DNA of 63,086 nt, counting the filler, from Aduncisulcus paluster (lineage: Eukaryota): assembly GCA_024181965.1 (NCBI GenBank). It is 7 parts of 7 records of this genome, joined end to end, with 100 filler letters (N's around TTAATTAATTAA, not from the genome) between each part and the next. Parts side by side here need not be neighbours in the genome. Positions count along the whole stretch, not along the records: positions 35,229 to 45,081 come from BQXS01010946.1; positions 45,182 to 56,798 come from BQXS01010947.1; 5 more parts are not named here. The stretch is one strand, 5' to 3'. The position numbers and the translations under genes are program-made. This document shows, piece by piece, positions 43,049-54,417 of the stretch; position 1 is the stretch's first letter, and each line of letters opens with the position of its first letter. The notes under the pieces are model-generated. The model saw only the letters and a list, made by a program, of their open reading frames with translations. It ran no database searches and was not told the origin of the DNA.

Positions 43049-44942
43049 ATGGGTCTCTGCCAAAGTTTGTGTCTAATGCATCGAAAATCGGCATACATAT
43101 GTCCTTCGGTATGTTATTCATCTTTGTAATGTCTATATATATGACGAAATTTTACTTTATTAGAAAGATTTTATTTCTTATTCGTCATTTACACTCAATC
43201 CTAACATCATTTTTTTTTCTTATTTAATCAGGCAATTTTCATTGCTCCTCAATTTCTCCGTGAAAACATTAACTCCTGTACTCCAGTTCCTCTCGATCAC
43301 CCGGCGGTTCTCAAGCCAGTTTATTCTGATATCAAAATTTGTGACACTGAGCATGAAGACTTTGTTCATAGTTCCGATGCACAAGGTATGATGAAAGGAG
43401 AGTTCCATTTTGGAGAATTTACCCGCATTTCTATCCCATTTTCAATGGCATCCCCAATGAAAGGTGCTTACATCTGTATTGGAGATGCACCACTAGAAAT
43501 GATGGATTCATTCGATAAAACTGCGCCATCTTACCTTATTTTCACTTTTATTTCCTCTAAACACGGAGAAATCTCAATGAAATATGATTTTCCCGAGGAT
43601 TTGAAGAGTTTTAGTTGGTTTTTACTCCCCATTGACCTCTATGATGTAGTTCAGTGTCAAATTGAAGGAGTAGGAAGAAGAAAGGAAGCTTTTCATATTC
43701 AATACCTCACCTTCTTTAGGCCTGAGACCTCTGATGAACATCATGACCGTCTTTTGACCGAAGGTTTATTTTCAGAATCTGTATGTCTCACTTTTTTTAA
43801 AAATCATTATTACCTTAATTATTATTATTATTACATTTCATGAACTATTAATATATTATTTCTCTTTGATTCTCAAAATATTTCAAACTTCTAAATTTAT
43901 ATATTTTTATTTTTATTTATTAAACTATTTATTTATTTATCAGCCGATATATACTCCTAAATGTGTTAAACAGGGAGAAACAGCTGCCAAATGCATTATA
44001 GAGAACGTTGATGAACATTCTTTCGTCTCTTGTAATATTCTCAATGTCGGAGCCTGGAATGGATCGTTGTGCAAAGCTTCTAAGAATTATGACAAGAGTT
44101 TGGAAGCTCAAGCAATGCTTCGAGGAGAATCACTTGAAGATGGTGTGTCCTTTTCCCACATTCAAATCCCTCTTTCCTCTCCATCTTATGTTCACCTTGC
44201 TTGTCTTGTTGTCAATAAGTATGAATCTCATTCTCCTTCTCGGCTTGTCATTGTTTGTACCCATTCAGATGGCCGCAAATCTTTCTGTCGCTATGATTCG
44301 CTTGCAGATATTTGTGAAGAAGTTGATGGATCTGATGAGTATCCTTCGCCTTCTGATAAAGATCATCATCATTCATTATTAGGGAATTATGGATACAGAA
44401 GTTTCTCTCTTCCTATCGGTCTGGACGATGTTTTGACCGTTGAGTTGCAATCCAGGGAATCATGCAGTATTCAAACCTGTTCAAAAATATACCATTTGTG
44501 TTTCGTAGCTGCAGAAATTGAAAAAATAGACTTGCATTGTGAGGAATCTGACTCAAAGGAGAAAGTTCTTTCAGTTGCACATGATATGGCCAAAGAGGGA
44601 GAAGGAGAAGAAGAGGGAGAAGGAGAAGAAGAGGAAGAGGAAGAAGAAGAGGAAGAAGAGAAAGAAGAGGAAAAGATTGAGGAAAAGATTGAGGAAGATA
44701 AACAGGAACAGAAAGAAGAAGAGAAGAAAGTGGAAGGAAAAGAAGAAATAGAAGAAATAGAAGGAGAGGAAGGAGAGGTTGAAAATGAAAAGAAACAATC
44801 AAGTGAGGATCATTCAATATATGTTGGAATGAAGTTAAAGGAAGATGGGAGTGTTGTCGGCAGCCGTATGAATGAAGAAGAAGAAGTCAAGGAAGAAGAA
44901 GACAGTTTTTTTGATACGTATGAACAATGTGACTCAAATTAG
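43049..44942 (+). CDS. Lineage-specific repeated-domain protein, three exons (43049-43108, 43232-43780, 43944-44942), MGLC N-terminus, Glu-rich tail
   Basis: Two phase-0 GTATGT...ATCAG introns join MGLCQSLC...CPS, AIFIAPQF...FSES and PIYTPK... in one frame. Two related domains. Confidence 0.8.
43109..43231 (+). other. Spliceosomal intron (123 nt)
   Basis: GTATGT donor, CTAAC at 43201, T-tract, AATCAG acceptor. Removal preserves the frame. Confidence 0.85.
43781..43943 (+). other. Spliceosomal intron (163 nt)
   Basis: GTATGT donor, very AT-rich, TATCAG acceptor. Joins ORFs 43388 and 43866 in frame. Confidence 0.85.
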
Positions 44943-45081
44943 TAATTTCAAATTACTCATTTTTTTATTTTTATTTTTTTCTTATTGAAGGTTGAGTAGG
45001 TTCTCATTTGGAGTCTAAATTTAGACAGAAAAACTGGATTGATGAAAGAAGACAGAAATAATATACTGCAACTGAGCTCTC

Positions 45082-45181
45082 NNNNNNNNNNNNNNNNNNN
45101 NNNNNNNNNNNNNNNNNNNNNNNNNTTAATTAATTAANNNNNNNNNNNNNNNNNNNNNNNNNNNNNNNNNNNNNNNNNNNN
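45082..45181. other. Artificial contig linker
   Basis: N44-TTAATTAATTAA-N44. Confidence 0.99.
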
Positions 45182-45553
45182 GGATTGAAGGTTAACGTTA
45201 ATTTTACTGGAACAGCACCTCATTCTATGAAGGAATTGAGTGGTGGACAGCGAACAATTGTGGCCCTCAGTCTTGTATTTGCCATTCAACAGTGTATTCC
45301 AGCGCCTGTTTATGTGCTTGATGAGACCGATGCTGCTCTTGATGCTCGGTATCGGGCCAATGTTGCCAAAAGTTTGTATGAACGTGCTGTGAACACCCAA
45401 TTCCTGGTGACATCCTTTAGAGGTGAGCTGTGTGGTGTTGCAGATCGTTGCTGGTGTGTCGAAAGTGGTGAACGAGAAAGTGAGTTGAAGGTTGTTACGG
45501 GTGAACAAGCATTGGAAGTCATCAAGAATCAAGAAGAAGAAGAAGAGAAATGA
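45182..45553 (+). CDS. SMC3: Cohesin subunit SMC3, C-terminal ATPase head (5'-partial)
   Basis: LSGGQRTIVALSLVFAIQQCIPAPVYVLDETDAALD...QFLVTSFRGEL, the SMC3-type signature and Walker B region. Confidence 0.85.
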   Translation, partial: GLKVNVNFTGTAPHSMKELSGGQRTIVALSLVFAIQQCIPAPVYVLDETDAALDARYRANVAKSLYERAVNTQFLVTSFRGELCGVADRCWCVESGERESELKVVTGEQALEVIKNQEEEEEK

Positions 45554-46013
45554 TCTTTTCAGTTTCTCCATTCTTCCTATACATTAAAATATAATCATCT
45601 TGTCACTCAAATTATTCATGAGTCATCAATCGGAAAAGAAAGAAGAGAATGAAAAGAACCTTCTAGGCGTTAACAATGAAGATCAGCGATTTCTCTGAGA
45701 ATGTTAAACTTGTTTTCACAATTCATAATGAAAACTAATCTGAAATATGTATTTGAATAAACTTTGCTCGCGGACATTCACTTTTTTGTCTTGTTCATTA
45801 TGACAAAACGAGACAATGGATATTTATCAAGGAATTGATGACATTCACGGATTATAATTCCAACTTAACGTCATGAAAGGGGACTTTATAATTCGATATG
45901 TTGGCAAATCTCAGAGTTAGGAACAATTTTGTATCATGAGTGAATTCACAAGGATAGCATAAAATAAATTATATAAAGAAAATATTTGTTAGATTATATC
46001 GATATTTTATACA

Positions 46014-46418
46014 ATGGCAACTTCTACTCTTATTAAACAAAGTTTGGACTTTGAAACTTCGGGTTTCCTCTTTGGTTGTTGCCCTAATAGAAATATTTTG
46101 TGTATTATTCCATCATATCTTGCATTTACTCACAATTTATTCCACCAATTAACAGAATTTAATGCTCCACGTCAACAAAAAAAACTCACCACAGCTCCCA
46201 TCATAAAACCACTATTTATTGAAGACAAAAATGAATATTGGTTACCCATTTGTTCTCGTCGTGATATCGAATTTTGTCCAATTCCTCGAGATGCCCCCAA
46301 TATTATTCGTCCAGATTTTTCCTCATTTTCTTGTGATGAAAATATGCATAGGATATTAATAGGAAAAATTCCAGAAGAGAAATTTGTTACTCATCCATTT
46401 TCCCACATTTCCACGTAG
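46014..46418 (+). pseudogene. Truncated member of the 43049-type domain family
   Basis: IIKPLFIED..CPIPRDAPNIIRPDFS..FSHIS resembles FIAPQFLRE..CTPVPLDHPAVLKPVYS..FTRIS. Stops early. Confidence 0.5.
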
Positions 46419-46818
46419 AATTTATTCTACAACTCTTGAACAATTATCTCTTCCATGGAAATAATTCCATAATAACACTATCCATTGTCTGCAAAAGAAA
46501 TGGTCCATTTTATTCCTTCCATGTTTTCAAGAAGAAGACTGTGACAAGTCATCGTGTGGCTCATGAAGCTTTCAAATACAGATGAGGAAACAGCCAGGAA
46601 CCCAATGATTTTTTGGGAAAAGAATCTGTTTTAAAAATGGTGGTTTATTATTATTTCAAATAACGATTGAAATTTAATTAATTATACAATATGTACAGAA
46701 AAAGTCGATTTTCCAATCATTTGCCAAACATGAAAAACACTGTACAAGACCTATTTTCATCCCACCGTCACTGGGACAACATGTTATCAAACCGTGAAAA
46801 GACACTCAAACCTTGTTT

Positions 46819-49617
46819 TCATACACAATTATATTCAATATCAAAGTCTGCATTGAATCGAAGCCCTGACACGTCAAATGTCAATAAATCATCCTCATTT
46901 TTAGCTGAAATTTGTTCTCCATTGAGAGTGGCTTGAAGAGAACATGATGAGCTCACTCCAGACCCAATCATAACAATAGAGTCACAAATATGACCCGGAT
47001 AAACATAGGCACTTTGCTCGAGTACTCCAGTTATTTTACCTGTTGTTGCCTTGATATAATATCTCACGAAATCACTCACTGGCAATGCACTGTCTCCTTT
47101 ATCGAGAATAAACTCACCCATAGCTATGCTCACGTCGTTAATGGCTATCCTAAGCTCGATATGAGAATTTAGATATGTTTCTGTGACGTTATCAAGAGCT
47201 TCCTGATACATGGTGATTTTTCCACCACGCAAGAAGAGGGGAAGATCTCCAGCATCAGCCGTAATGTGGTTGGTTGTAGAAGCTTTCACCAGGTCGAGGA
47301 TGATCTCCTCGTGAGGATAATCATAATAATACCAACGTTCACGAGTGTATGAAGAAATGGTGACTGTATCGGAAATAACCGTGGGGAAAACAACATCAAG
47401 ACCAAGAGATTGTGTTGAGTCGTTGCTGTATGGCATCTCAACAAGAGGAGCTGCCATAATACTATCCCCAATCATCAACTGAGTGTCAATGTCAAGGAGA
47501 TCAGCGACATCAGGCCACAATACAAACAATGGTTTCACCGCTGGACCTCCTTTCAGAGAGCTAAATAGCAAAGATGAATACATTTGAGCAATGTAAGAAT
47601 ACTTGCGTTTAATCGCTGCTCTTTGAATATCACAGACAAGCTCCGAGTGAACCCAACAGTAATTGTCATCTGATTGTTTTTGCCTGTGCTGACGAGACAT
47701 TGTGTATACCATTCCAAGCGGTAACCAGAGAGACAATAAATCCTCATCACAATCTCCTTGGTAACCTCCAATGTCGCTGCCAGACAATGATATTCCCTCA
47801 ATGTTGGAGGTAAGAAGCATGGAGATGGATCTCATCATTTGGTTCAGAGTACTGTGGTTATCGCCAGACCAATTCTGGGTATTCTTACCACTTCCTGGAT
47901 ATACAGTCCGACTCTGAATGTACCAACGTTTAGTGCTATCGATTGTGTTCAGGGCTTTACGAGTCACTTGGCCCTCGTAGAGACCGTATAAATTGTGAAC
48001 ATCGAACATTTCGCCCATTCCTGAAGTTGTTCGGTTGTCAATAGTGCGGGTGGCGAGATTTGTCCCATCTTGAGGAGTGTATGGAGGTTTGTTCAGGTTG
48101 AAAGGATAGTCAATCTGACGCATGGAATCTGTTTGGATATATTCTTCGCCTGAGTCAAGGCTGTAACAACGAGGATCGACTTCGGGTTCATCGTTAAGAT
48201 CATTTTTCACGTCATTCTCGTCAATAATAAACCCATCCCAGTTCCAATCGGAGATATAATTGCTGAATTGAGTCTCCCAGAAATCAAATGAATCCTCATT
48301 CATAAAATCTGGATAAATAGACCTCCCTGGCCACTGTTTACCAATATAAGGATCATCCGTAGCAGGACATTTAATGTAGGCTCCAGATTCAACAAGTTCA
48401 TTGAATTGATCAAAGGTGCTATCGGCAGCTATCACGGGATCAACGATAACAACGGCGTGAGTTCCATTATCTTGCAGGTCTTCGAGGAATTCCTTAAAGT
48501 CGTCGTGAGGAAATGTTTCATCGTTGACGGTAAAGTCTCTGTGTCCATCTCCTCCTCCTCCCAGGACATCAATGTCGAAATGCTGAGCATCAATGGGAAT
48601 GTCACGATCCTGGTAGTTCTGAACAACCTGGATAACTTTCTCCAGAGTGTCGAGTCCCCAACGACTGTTCTGGAATCCAATTGCCCATATCGGTGGAGCA
48701 ACGGGATACCCAACAAGTTGATGGTATTGGGCCATGGCATAGTCTGGAGTTTGTCCAGCCATGAAATAGAACTCAAGGATACCTGCGGTTGACCTGATCT
48801 CTACACCGCTAGAATATGAATCAGAATCGTCGTTAGAACCATTTCCATCCGTGCCATCATCATAAAATACAATGTCAGTTGCAGAAGCATTCAACAAAAA
48901 GAGACCAGTGGATACTGCGGGAGACAGGAAGTTTTCAGCGCTATCATCTTCAATGAAGAACATAATAGGTAAGTTGCTGTATCCATTTGAGCCATCGTCA
49001 GCAACACCACCAGTGGGATCGTGATTCCACATAGAATATGTGCCAAGGTCACGACGGAGAGATGTTGCACGGTCACCAAGACCATACAGTGCAACAGAAC
49101 CATCTGGAGACGGGGCTGTAGGGATCCGTACAGATAAATAGCAATCTTGATACACAAGGTTTGACATTGTGTGGCTCAAAAAGTCTGAAGTTCCGAGAGT
49201 GCTGTTTCCTCGAAGATAAAGGGAGAGATCAAACATTGAATTCGCAGTGGGCTTTGGGACTTTCCACTTGTGTGTGGAAGGGGAGGATGAAGGAATTACT
49301 TGAGAAGTTGAAGGGAAAACACCACCAGTCTTAGGAATAGCAAACCGTCCAGGATCATCTTTATCGGTAATTGAGATCTTTAGAATAGAATTCTGTGGGT
49401 GTGTAGTAATGGAATTACTTCTTAAATCTAAGAATTCAACGCTAACAGTCAAATTGGGGATGTCATCACAATAGGTCTCTTCGGCAGCTTCATACAGAGT
49501 CAAATCAATATCAAACCCATCAGCTGAATCAGTAATTGTGTTTACAAGATATGATGAATAACAAAAAGAAACAAAGGATAAAACACATAGTGTGAGAAGA
49601 AGCTGGACCTTGAGCAT
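46819..49617 (-). CDS. Secreted/lysosomal glycoside hydrolase family 31 (alpha-glucosidase-like)
   Basis: Signal peptide. PPIWAIGFQNSRWG, IPIDAQHFDID, WPGRSIYPDF, DVHNLYG, WSGDN, GSDIGGY. Confidence 0.93.
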   Translation of the reverse strand: MLKVQLLLTLCVLSFVSFCYSSYLVNTITDSADGFDIDLTLYEAAEETYCDDIPNLTVSVEFLDLRSNSITTHPQNSILKISITDKDDPGRFAIPKTGGVFPSTSQVIPSSSPSTHKWKVPKPTANSMFDLSLYLRGNSTLGTSDFLSHTMSNLVYQDCYLSVRIPTAPSPDGSVALYGLGDRATSLRRDLGTYSMWNHDPTGGVADDGSNGYSNLPIMFFIEDDSAENFLSPAVSTGLFLLNASATDIVFYDDGTDGNGSNDDSDSYSSGVEIRSTAGILEFYFMAGQTPDYAMAQYHQLVGYPVAPPIWAIGFQNSRWGLDTLEKVIQVVQNYQDRDIPIDAQHFDIDVLGGGGDGHRDFTVNDETFPHDDFKEFLEDLQDNGTHAVVIVDPVIAADSTFDQFNELVESGAYIKCPATDDPYIGKQWPGRSIYPDFMNEDSFDFWETQFSNYISDWNWDGFIIDENDVKNDLNDEPEVDPRCYSLDSGEEYIQTDSMRQIDYPFNLNKPPYTPQDGTNLATRTIDNRTTSGMGEMFDVHNLYGLYEGQVTRKALNTIDSTKRWYIQSRTVYPGSGKNTQNWSGDNHSTLNQMMRSISMLLTSNIEGISLSGSDIGGYQGDCDEDLLSLWLPLGMVYTMSRQHRQKQSDDNYCWVHSELVCDIQRAAIKRKYSYIAQMYSSLLFSSLKGGPAVKPLFVLWPDVADLLDIDTQLMIGDSIMAAPLVEMPYSNDSTQSLGLDVVFPTVISDTVTISSYTRERWYYYDYPHEEIILDLVKASTTNHITADAGDLPLFLRGGKITMYQEALDNVTETYLNSHIELRIAINDVSIAMGEFILDKGDSALPVSDFVRYYIKATTGKITGVLEQSAYVYPGHICDSIVMIGSGVSSSCSLQATLNGEQISAKNEDDLLTFDVSGLRFNADFDIEYNCV

Positions 49618-49896
49618 ATTCTAGTGGGGGAAAGAAAGTAAATAAAAACATTTCAATATTAATGAATATCAATTAATATATTTTGAAAGTAATAACATAC
49701 AAATCGTTTCAAAAAGGCAGTCGAGTATGTGAATTTTTTTCCTGTCTTTAACTCTTATACTATCATAATATAATATTTTACTTTTAGCTATAATCAATAC
49801 ATAAATCATTCATATAATAATGTAACCAAAATAAAAATACCTAATAAGCCGATAGCGAAAATTCGACCCTTTCGCCACGGCACAGAAGGGTGAACA

Positions 49897-51750
49897 ATGA
49901 AAACTGGTCAAAAAGTTCCTCAAAATGGTGATATTGAGGATATCTCTCCAGAAAAAGTGAGTGATATTAAATCAACCCCTATTCAATCTATTTCTTTTGA
50001 TCCTGTATCAACTACTCATTTTCCTTATTATTGGTCAAAGGAATCTGAATTAAAAGCAGATTTTGATGTTAATATTGATGAATTTCTCTTTGATTCACCT
50101 CAAATTGTCGGAATTATCAAATCCTCATGTGATGATTTTTGTGTGAGAGAAATAGCTCCAAATGGAAATATTTGTTCACTTCCAGATGATATAAATCCTT
50201 TAGAATCTATTGATGGTGGTATATCTTCGCCATACATTCCTTCTCGAGATATGTTGTCTCCAAATGCCATAAAACAACTTGATCTTGCAGATAAACTTTT
50301 AGAAAAGAATGCCGGAATTTCAAAAGAGGAAGAAGAAGAGGATAAAGGAGAAGATTCTTCTGAAAATCCATGGATTGTTGATACTGATAGTCTTGAAGAA
50401 ATCAAGACTATTCTCTCTTCAGAAGACTTGGATCTTGCAATTAAGTTGGCTAAACTTGGCTATAAGCTTGAGAATGCTCTTGAGATTACTGAAGATGATA
50501 CGATGGGTCTGAATCTGAACAGAAAGTCTCTAAAAGTGAAAGGGAGCCTGATTATCAGCTGTGAAAACGATAAATACGTCAGAACACAGTTACATAAAGG
50601 CATTAGAACATGCTTTGGAGGACGAATTCTTTCAGGCACATGTGATTCTTACAACCAGAATTCATTGTCTGATGCTGCTCNNNNNNNNNNNNNNNNNNNN
50701 CTTGGCTATAAGCTTGAGAATGCTCTTGAGATTACTGAAGATGATACGATGGGTCTGAATCTGAACAGAAAGTCTCTAAAAGTGAAAGGGAGCCTGATTA
50801 TCAGCTGTGAAAACGATAAATACGTCAGAACACAGTTACATAAAGGCATTAGAACATGCTTTGGAGGACGAATTCTTTCAGGCACATGTGATTCTTACAA
50901 CCAGAATTCATTGTCTGATGCTGCTCAAAAAAGTCTGGAGAAAGCTGTGACTGGCACTGAAGCGGATGAAGATAGGTCATACATCTCCATTAGCCATAGT
51001 GGTAAGCGTCGTACATCCCTCAAAGATAGGTCGTATTGGCCAAGTGATGTTCCCTGTTGTTGTACTTTTACTCTTTTTAAACGCAATAGGGATACTCAAT
51101 CGACTCTCTCTTCCCTCGCCCGTGCAATTGGGTGTTCGCAGTCATCCATGACCGTCTGTGGCACAAAGGATAAATCCGCTGTGACATGGCAAAGGGTTGC
51201 AGCTCGTCGAGTGCTTCCTATTGATATCGTGAAGGCTGCCCACACAATGAACCAGCAAGCTATTGACGGTGGAAGTGATTTTAGGATTGGCGTTGGATGT
51301 TTTTCCTTTCGACACGATCAAATGCATCTTGGTGAGCTCCAAGGCAACATGTTTTCACTGAATGTTAGGGATATACATTCAAGAACAGCCTCAAGTAGCC
51401 AAGGAAAAGAAATCCTTGATGGTGGTGATATATGTGGCTCTCATATTTCACCTTCAATCCTTCAGACTTCTATATCGAATGTATCTAGAGTTGGCTTTAT
51501 TAACTATTTTGGTCATCAACGATTTGGATCCTTTGATTATTGTCCTACTCACCATATAGGCAAGGCTATCATCACTGGGGACATGCGTGGAATGATGGAG
51601 CTTCTCTGTATGCCCATTATGAAAGAGAGAATATGGGAATTATCCTCCAAGAACTCAAACAACATGGGAATATCGTGTCAAAAGAAGAGAGAGGGAGAGA
51701 AGAGAGAGGGAGAGAAAAAGGATGGAAGAAGTGATATTAAGACTCAGTCT

Positions 51751-51800
<50 letters not shown>

Positions 51801-53031
51801 ATATTCGTATCATCATGAAAGGGTGTGCTTGGCCAAAGCTGTCTTCGTGTGTAAACTTAATCCAATGGCGGCTCTAAGAATTCTTGGAAGACCACGCGGG
51901 GGTGCAGAGATCTCTTTGCAACAGTTGATGCTTGGTGCTCAGAAATGGATGAAGCGTGAGAAGAAAGAGTTCAGTGGGCACAGAGAAGGTGATGAGGAGA
52001 GGCAAAAAGGAGAAGCTGAAGGTGATGGGTCAAGATTATCAAAGCTCTCTGGAGATGAGTTGCATGAAATTGAACTTACTTTGCTTGAAAAAGCTCTTTC
52101 TGTTACCGATTCGTGGGAAAAAGATCAGATTCTTAGACGGTTAGTTGATGATAAAAGGGAGTATATTCATAGGCATAAGCAATGTCAACTGAGTGAATTG
52201 AAGGGAAAAGAGGAAGAAGAGACTGAGAGAGAAGATCTTTCTAAGCCTCAACCTGATGATTATATTCATGTTGTACCTTGGTTGAACCAATTCCTTGAAT
52301 GCAGCACACAGTCTAAGAATGAGTTTGATTCGATTCCTTCTCTTTACCCTTTCTATAATACGAAAGATGTTTCTGCGATTTTCTCCACGTCTCTCTCTTT
52401 CCTTCCACGTAATAGTCGTTCTCTTTATGTTCATGCTTTGCAGAGTTTCCTCTTCAATAAGATGTGCAGTGTGAGGGTGAAGATGGAGAAAGATCTAAAA
52501 ATAGAATGCACAGGTAAGCGTAGATATTCAGACATTTCATATTCTCCGCGGGTGAGGGTAGGTGATCTTGTGACCGATTCTGATATTTGGAAGGTCAGTG
52601 AGTCTCCGAATGGGTGTGTGAAGGATGATGATGTCCATGTAATCACGAGTGAAGAAGAAGCTGAGAAGTATTCAATATATCAGATAGTTCTTCCTCTTCT
52701 CTCTCCAACATCCACTCTTCCGGGGAATAGAGTGGGTGAGGTATGCAGAAACGAGTGTGAAAGACTGGGGATAACAAGTATTTTGGATGGAGAAGGTGTT
52801 GATAAATCCTTCTGTGCTCGGGGTGGATATAGGCATTTATTTGTGTTGCCAAGGGATGTTAAAGGGTCTATTTTGACACACGAGAAGAGCAAGGATGAGA
52901 AACAAGCGATTCAAATATCATTTTCATTGCCGGTGGCCTCATATGCAACAATTTGTATGAGAGAGATTTTACATGCTTGTACAGCTCCAAGGGTGATGAT
53001 AGAACGCATGAAGGCAAGAAAGGAAGAATAA
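49897..53031 (+). CDS. PUS7: TruD-family pseudouridine synthase (PUS7); contains an artefactual 226-bp duplication around a gap
   Basis: GIIK..DFCVREI, GTKDKSAVTWQ (catalytic Asp), GFINYFGHQRFG, LYVHALQSFLFN, GGYR, FSLPVASYATICMREI. Confidence 0.92.
50455..50926 (+). other. Scaffold gap (50681-50700) with unmerged overlapping contig ends
   Basis: 50455-50680 is repeated exactly at 50701-50926, either side of 20 Ns. Confidence 0.9.
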
Positions 53032-53344
53032 TTATTACATCGATCAATTATATAAATCATTCAATTTGTGGATTTCGACCTCGAATAAATCAAGCCTTGA
53101 TAATTTCTGAAATTTTTTGGAATGAGGGGTAAAACGCGGTCATTGGATAAATTAAAAAAAAAATTTATTGCTATTGATCATTTTTATTTGCAAAATTGTT
53201 AATAATGTAATGTATAGCGAAAGAATTTTTCCAAGAAAAACTATCATTGCTGCTTGGTCTCAATCAATGAAAAGCTTTGAGGTTAAAGGTATGAATTATT
53301 TTTGTTTTTTATTAGTATTCTTGAAATTTTAGCCTACTTATTCA

Positions 53345-54217
53345 ATGTCTTGCACAGTACCTCCTGTAAAAATTATTGATGCTTCACACTCCGCATACAT
53401 TGTTCCTGCTAAAAATTTGCCCAAAACTGCAGTGCAAACAAATTATAATGCTGTTCCCTCGTCAAAAGCATATCCATTTCTTCCTGGAACAGAACATACT
53501 GATGTAGGTGATGTTTGTGATTATATTGGTGATAGAATTTCGCAAATGAGAGAGTCATATGCCAAAATAATGGGAATAACACCAGAAATGGCCGAAGTAG
53601 AAACATATCCAAAACCTCAATTCGAATACCTCCATACTGTTCTTCCTCGTGGTACCGATTTTTCCACAGCCCTGTCGACGCTTGACATTCGATCCCACGG
53701 TTTATCAAGCATAAAAAGTGCCCAAGATGATGTTCGGAGTCAAGCATTACGAATAGGAAGGGAATTACAAGATAGTTCATCTCATTCATATTATATTATT
53801 CCAGTTAAGAAAGGTCAAAGCGAAGCAGTTTCTTCATCGATGATACACTCACAATCAGTCTCTAGACCAAGATCTTCTTCAATTTCCAAGGCTCAAATCA
53901 GCAAATCATCGAGATCGAAAAGTTCAAGACGGACAAAAAAGAGGAAAGGAAGTGTAAAAAGTGAGAAGGTTAAAATAATGAGTGATTATAAAACCTTAAA
54001 ACGAGATATTAAGCATCCATTACATTCACAACAAACTCCTTATTACTTGGAAACACCTCGATCCTGTCTTGGTAGTAGCGGGTCATCACAATTATTTGCC
54101 CCAAAAAGAGAAGGAATGAAGCATTTTTTAGCCAGGAAAAGGCGGGAAGAACATGATATGCTTCTTAGAAATAGAAATATGGCGAAGATCCAATCGAAAA
54201 AAAAGAGTTCGAAATAA
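53345..54217 (+). CDS. Hypothetical basic protein
   Basis: 290-aa ORF in AT-rich context. Ser/Lys/Arg-rich C-terminal half. Confidence 0.65.
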   Translation: MSCTVPPVKIIDASHSAYIVPAKNLPKTAVQTNYNAVPSSKAYPFLPGTEHTDVGDVCDYIGDRISQMRESYAKIMGITPEMAEVETYPKPQFEYLHTVLPRGTDFSTALSTLDIRSHGLSSIKSAQDDVRSQALRIGRELQDSSSHSYYIIPVKKGQSEAVSSSMIHSQSVSRPRSSSISKAQISKSSRSKSSRRTKKRKGSVKSEKVKIMSDYKTLKRDIKHPLHSQQTPYYLETPRSCLGSSGSSQLFAPKREGMKHFLARKRREEHDMLLRNRNMAKIQSKKKSSK

Positions 54218-54328
54218 TACAATTATTTTTTGGAAATATTTTAAACTATTCAAATTCATTTATATTATTACAATAAACATCAATTCTCTCATTCTCCGAT
54301 CCGTTAGCAGTTTCTGACAATTGTGAAG

Positions 54329-54392
54329 GTTTGATTTGTTTCACATCGTGTCTAGCGATTAATATTTTCTAACTGTTCTGATTTATTTTTAG
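54329..54392 (+). other. Candidate 5'-UTR intron (64 nt)
   Basis: AAG|GTTTGA donor, CTAAC at 54369, TTTTTAG acceptor, 25 nt upstream of the ATG at 54418. Confidence 0.5.
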
Positions 54393-54417
54393 ATTGTGAA
54401 GGAATTAGTGTTTTTTT

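Noticed and set aside
50455-50926. Tandem 226-bp duplication inside PUS7
   Set aside because: Exact copies flank a 20-N gap, which indicates an unmerged contig overlap rather than a real domain duplication.
53267-53344. Upstream coding exon MKSFEVK for the 53345 ORF
   Set aside because: Splicing at either available acceptor is out of frame or hits a stop. Kept only as a possible UTR intron.
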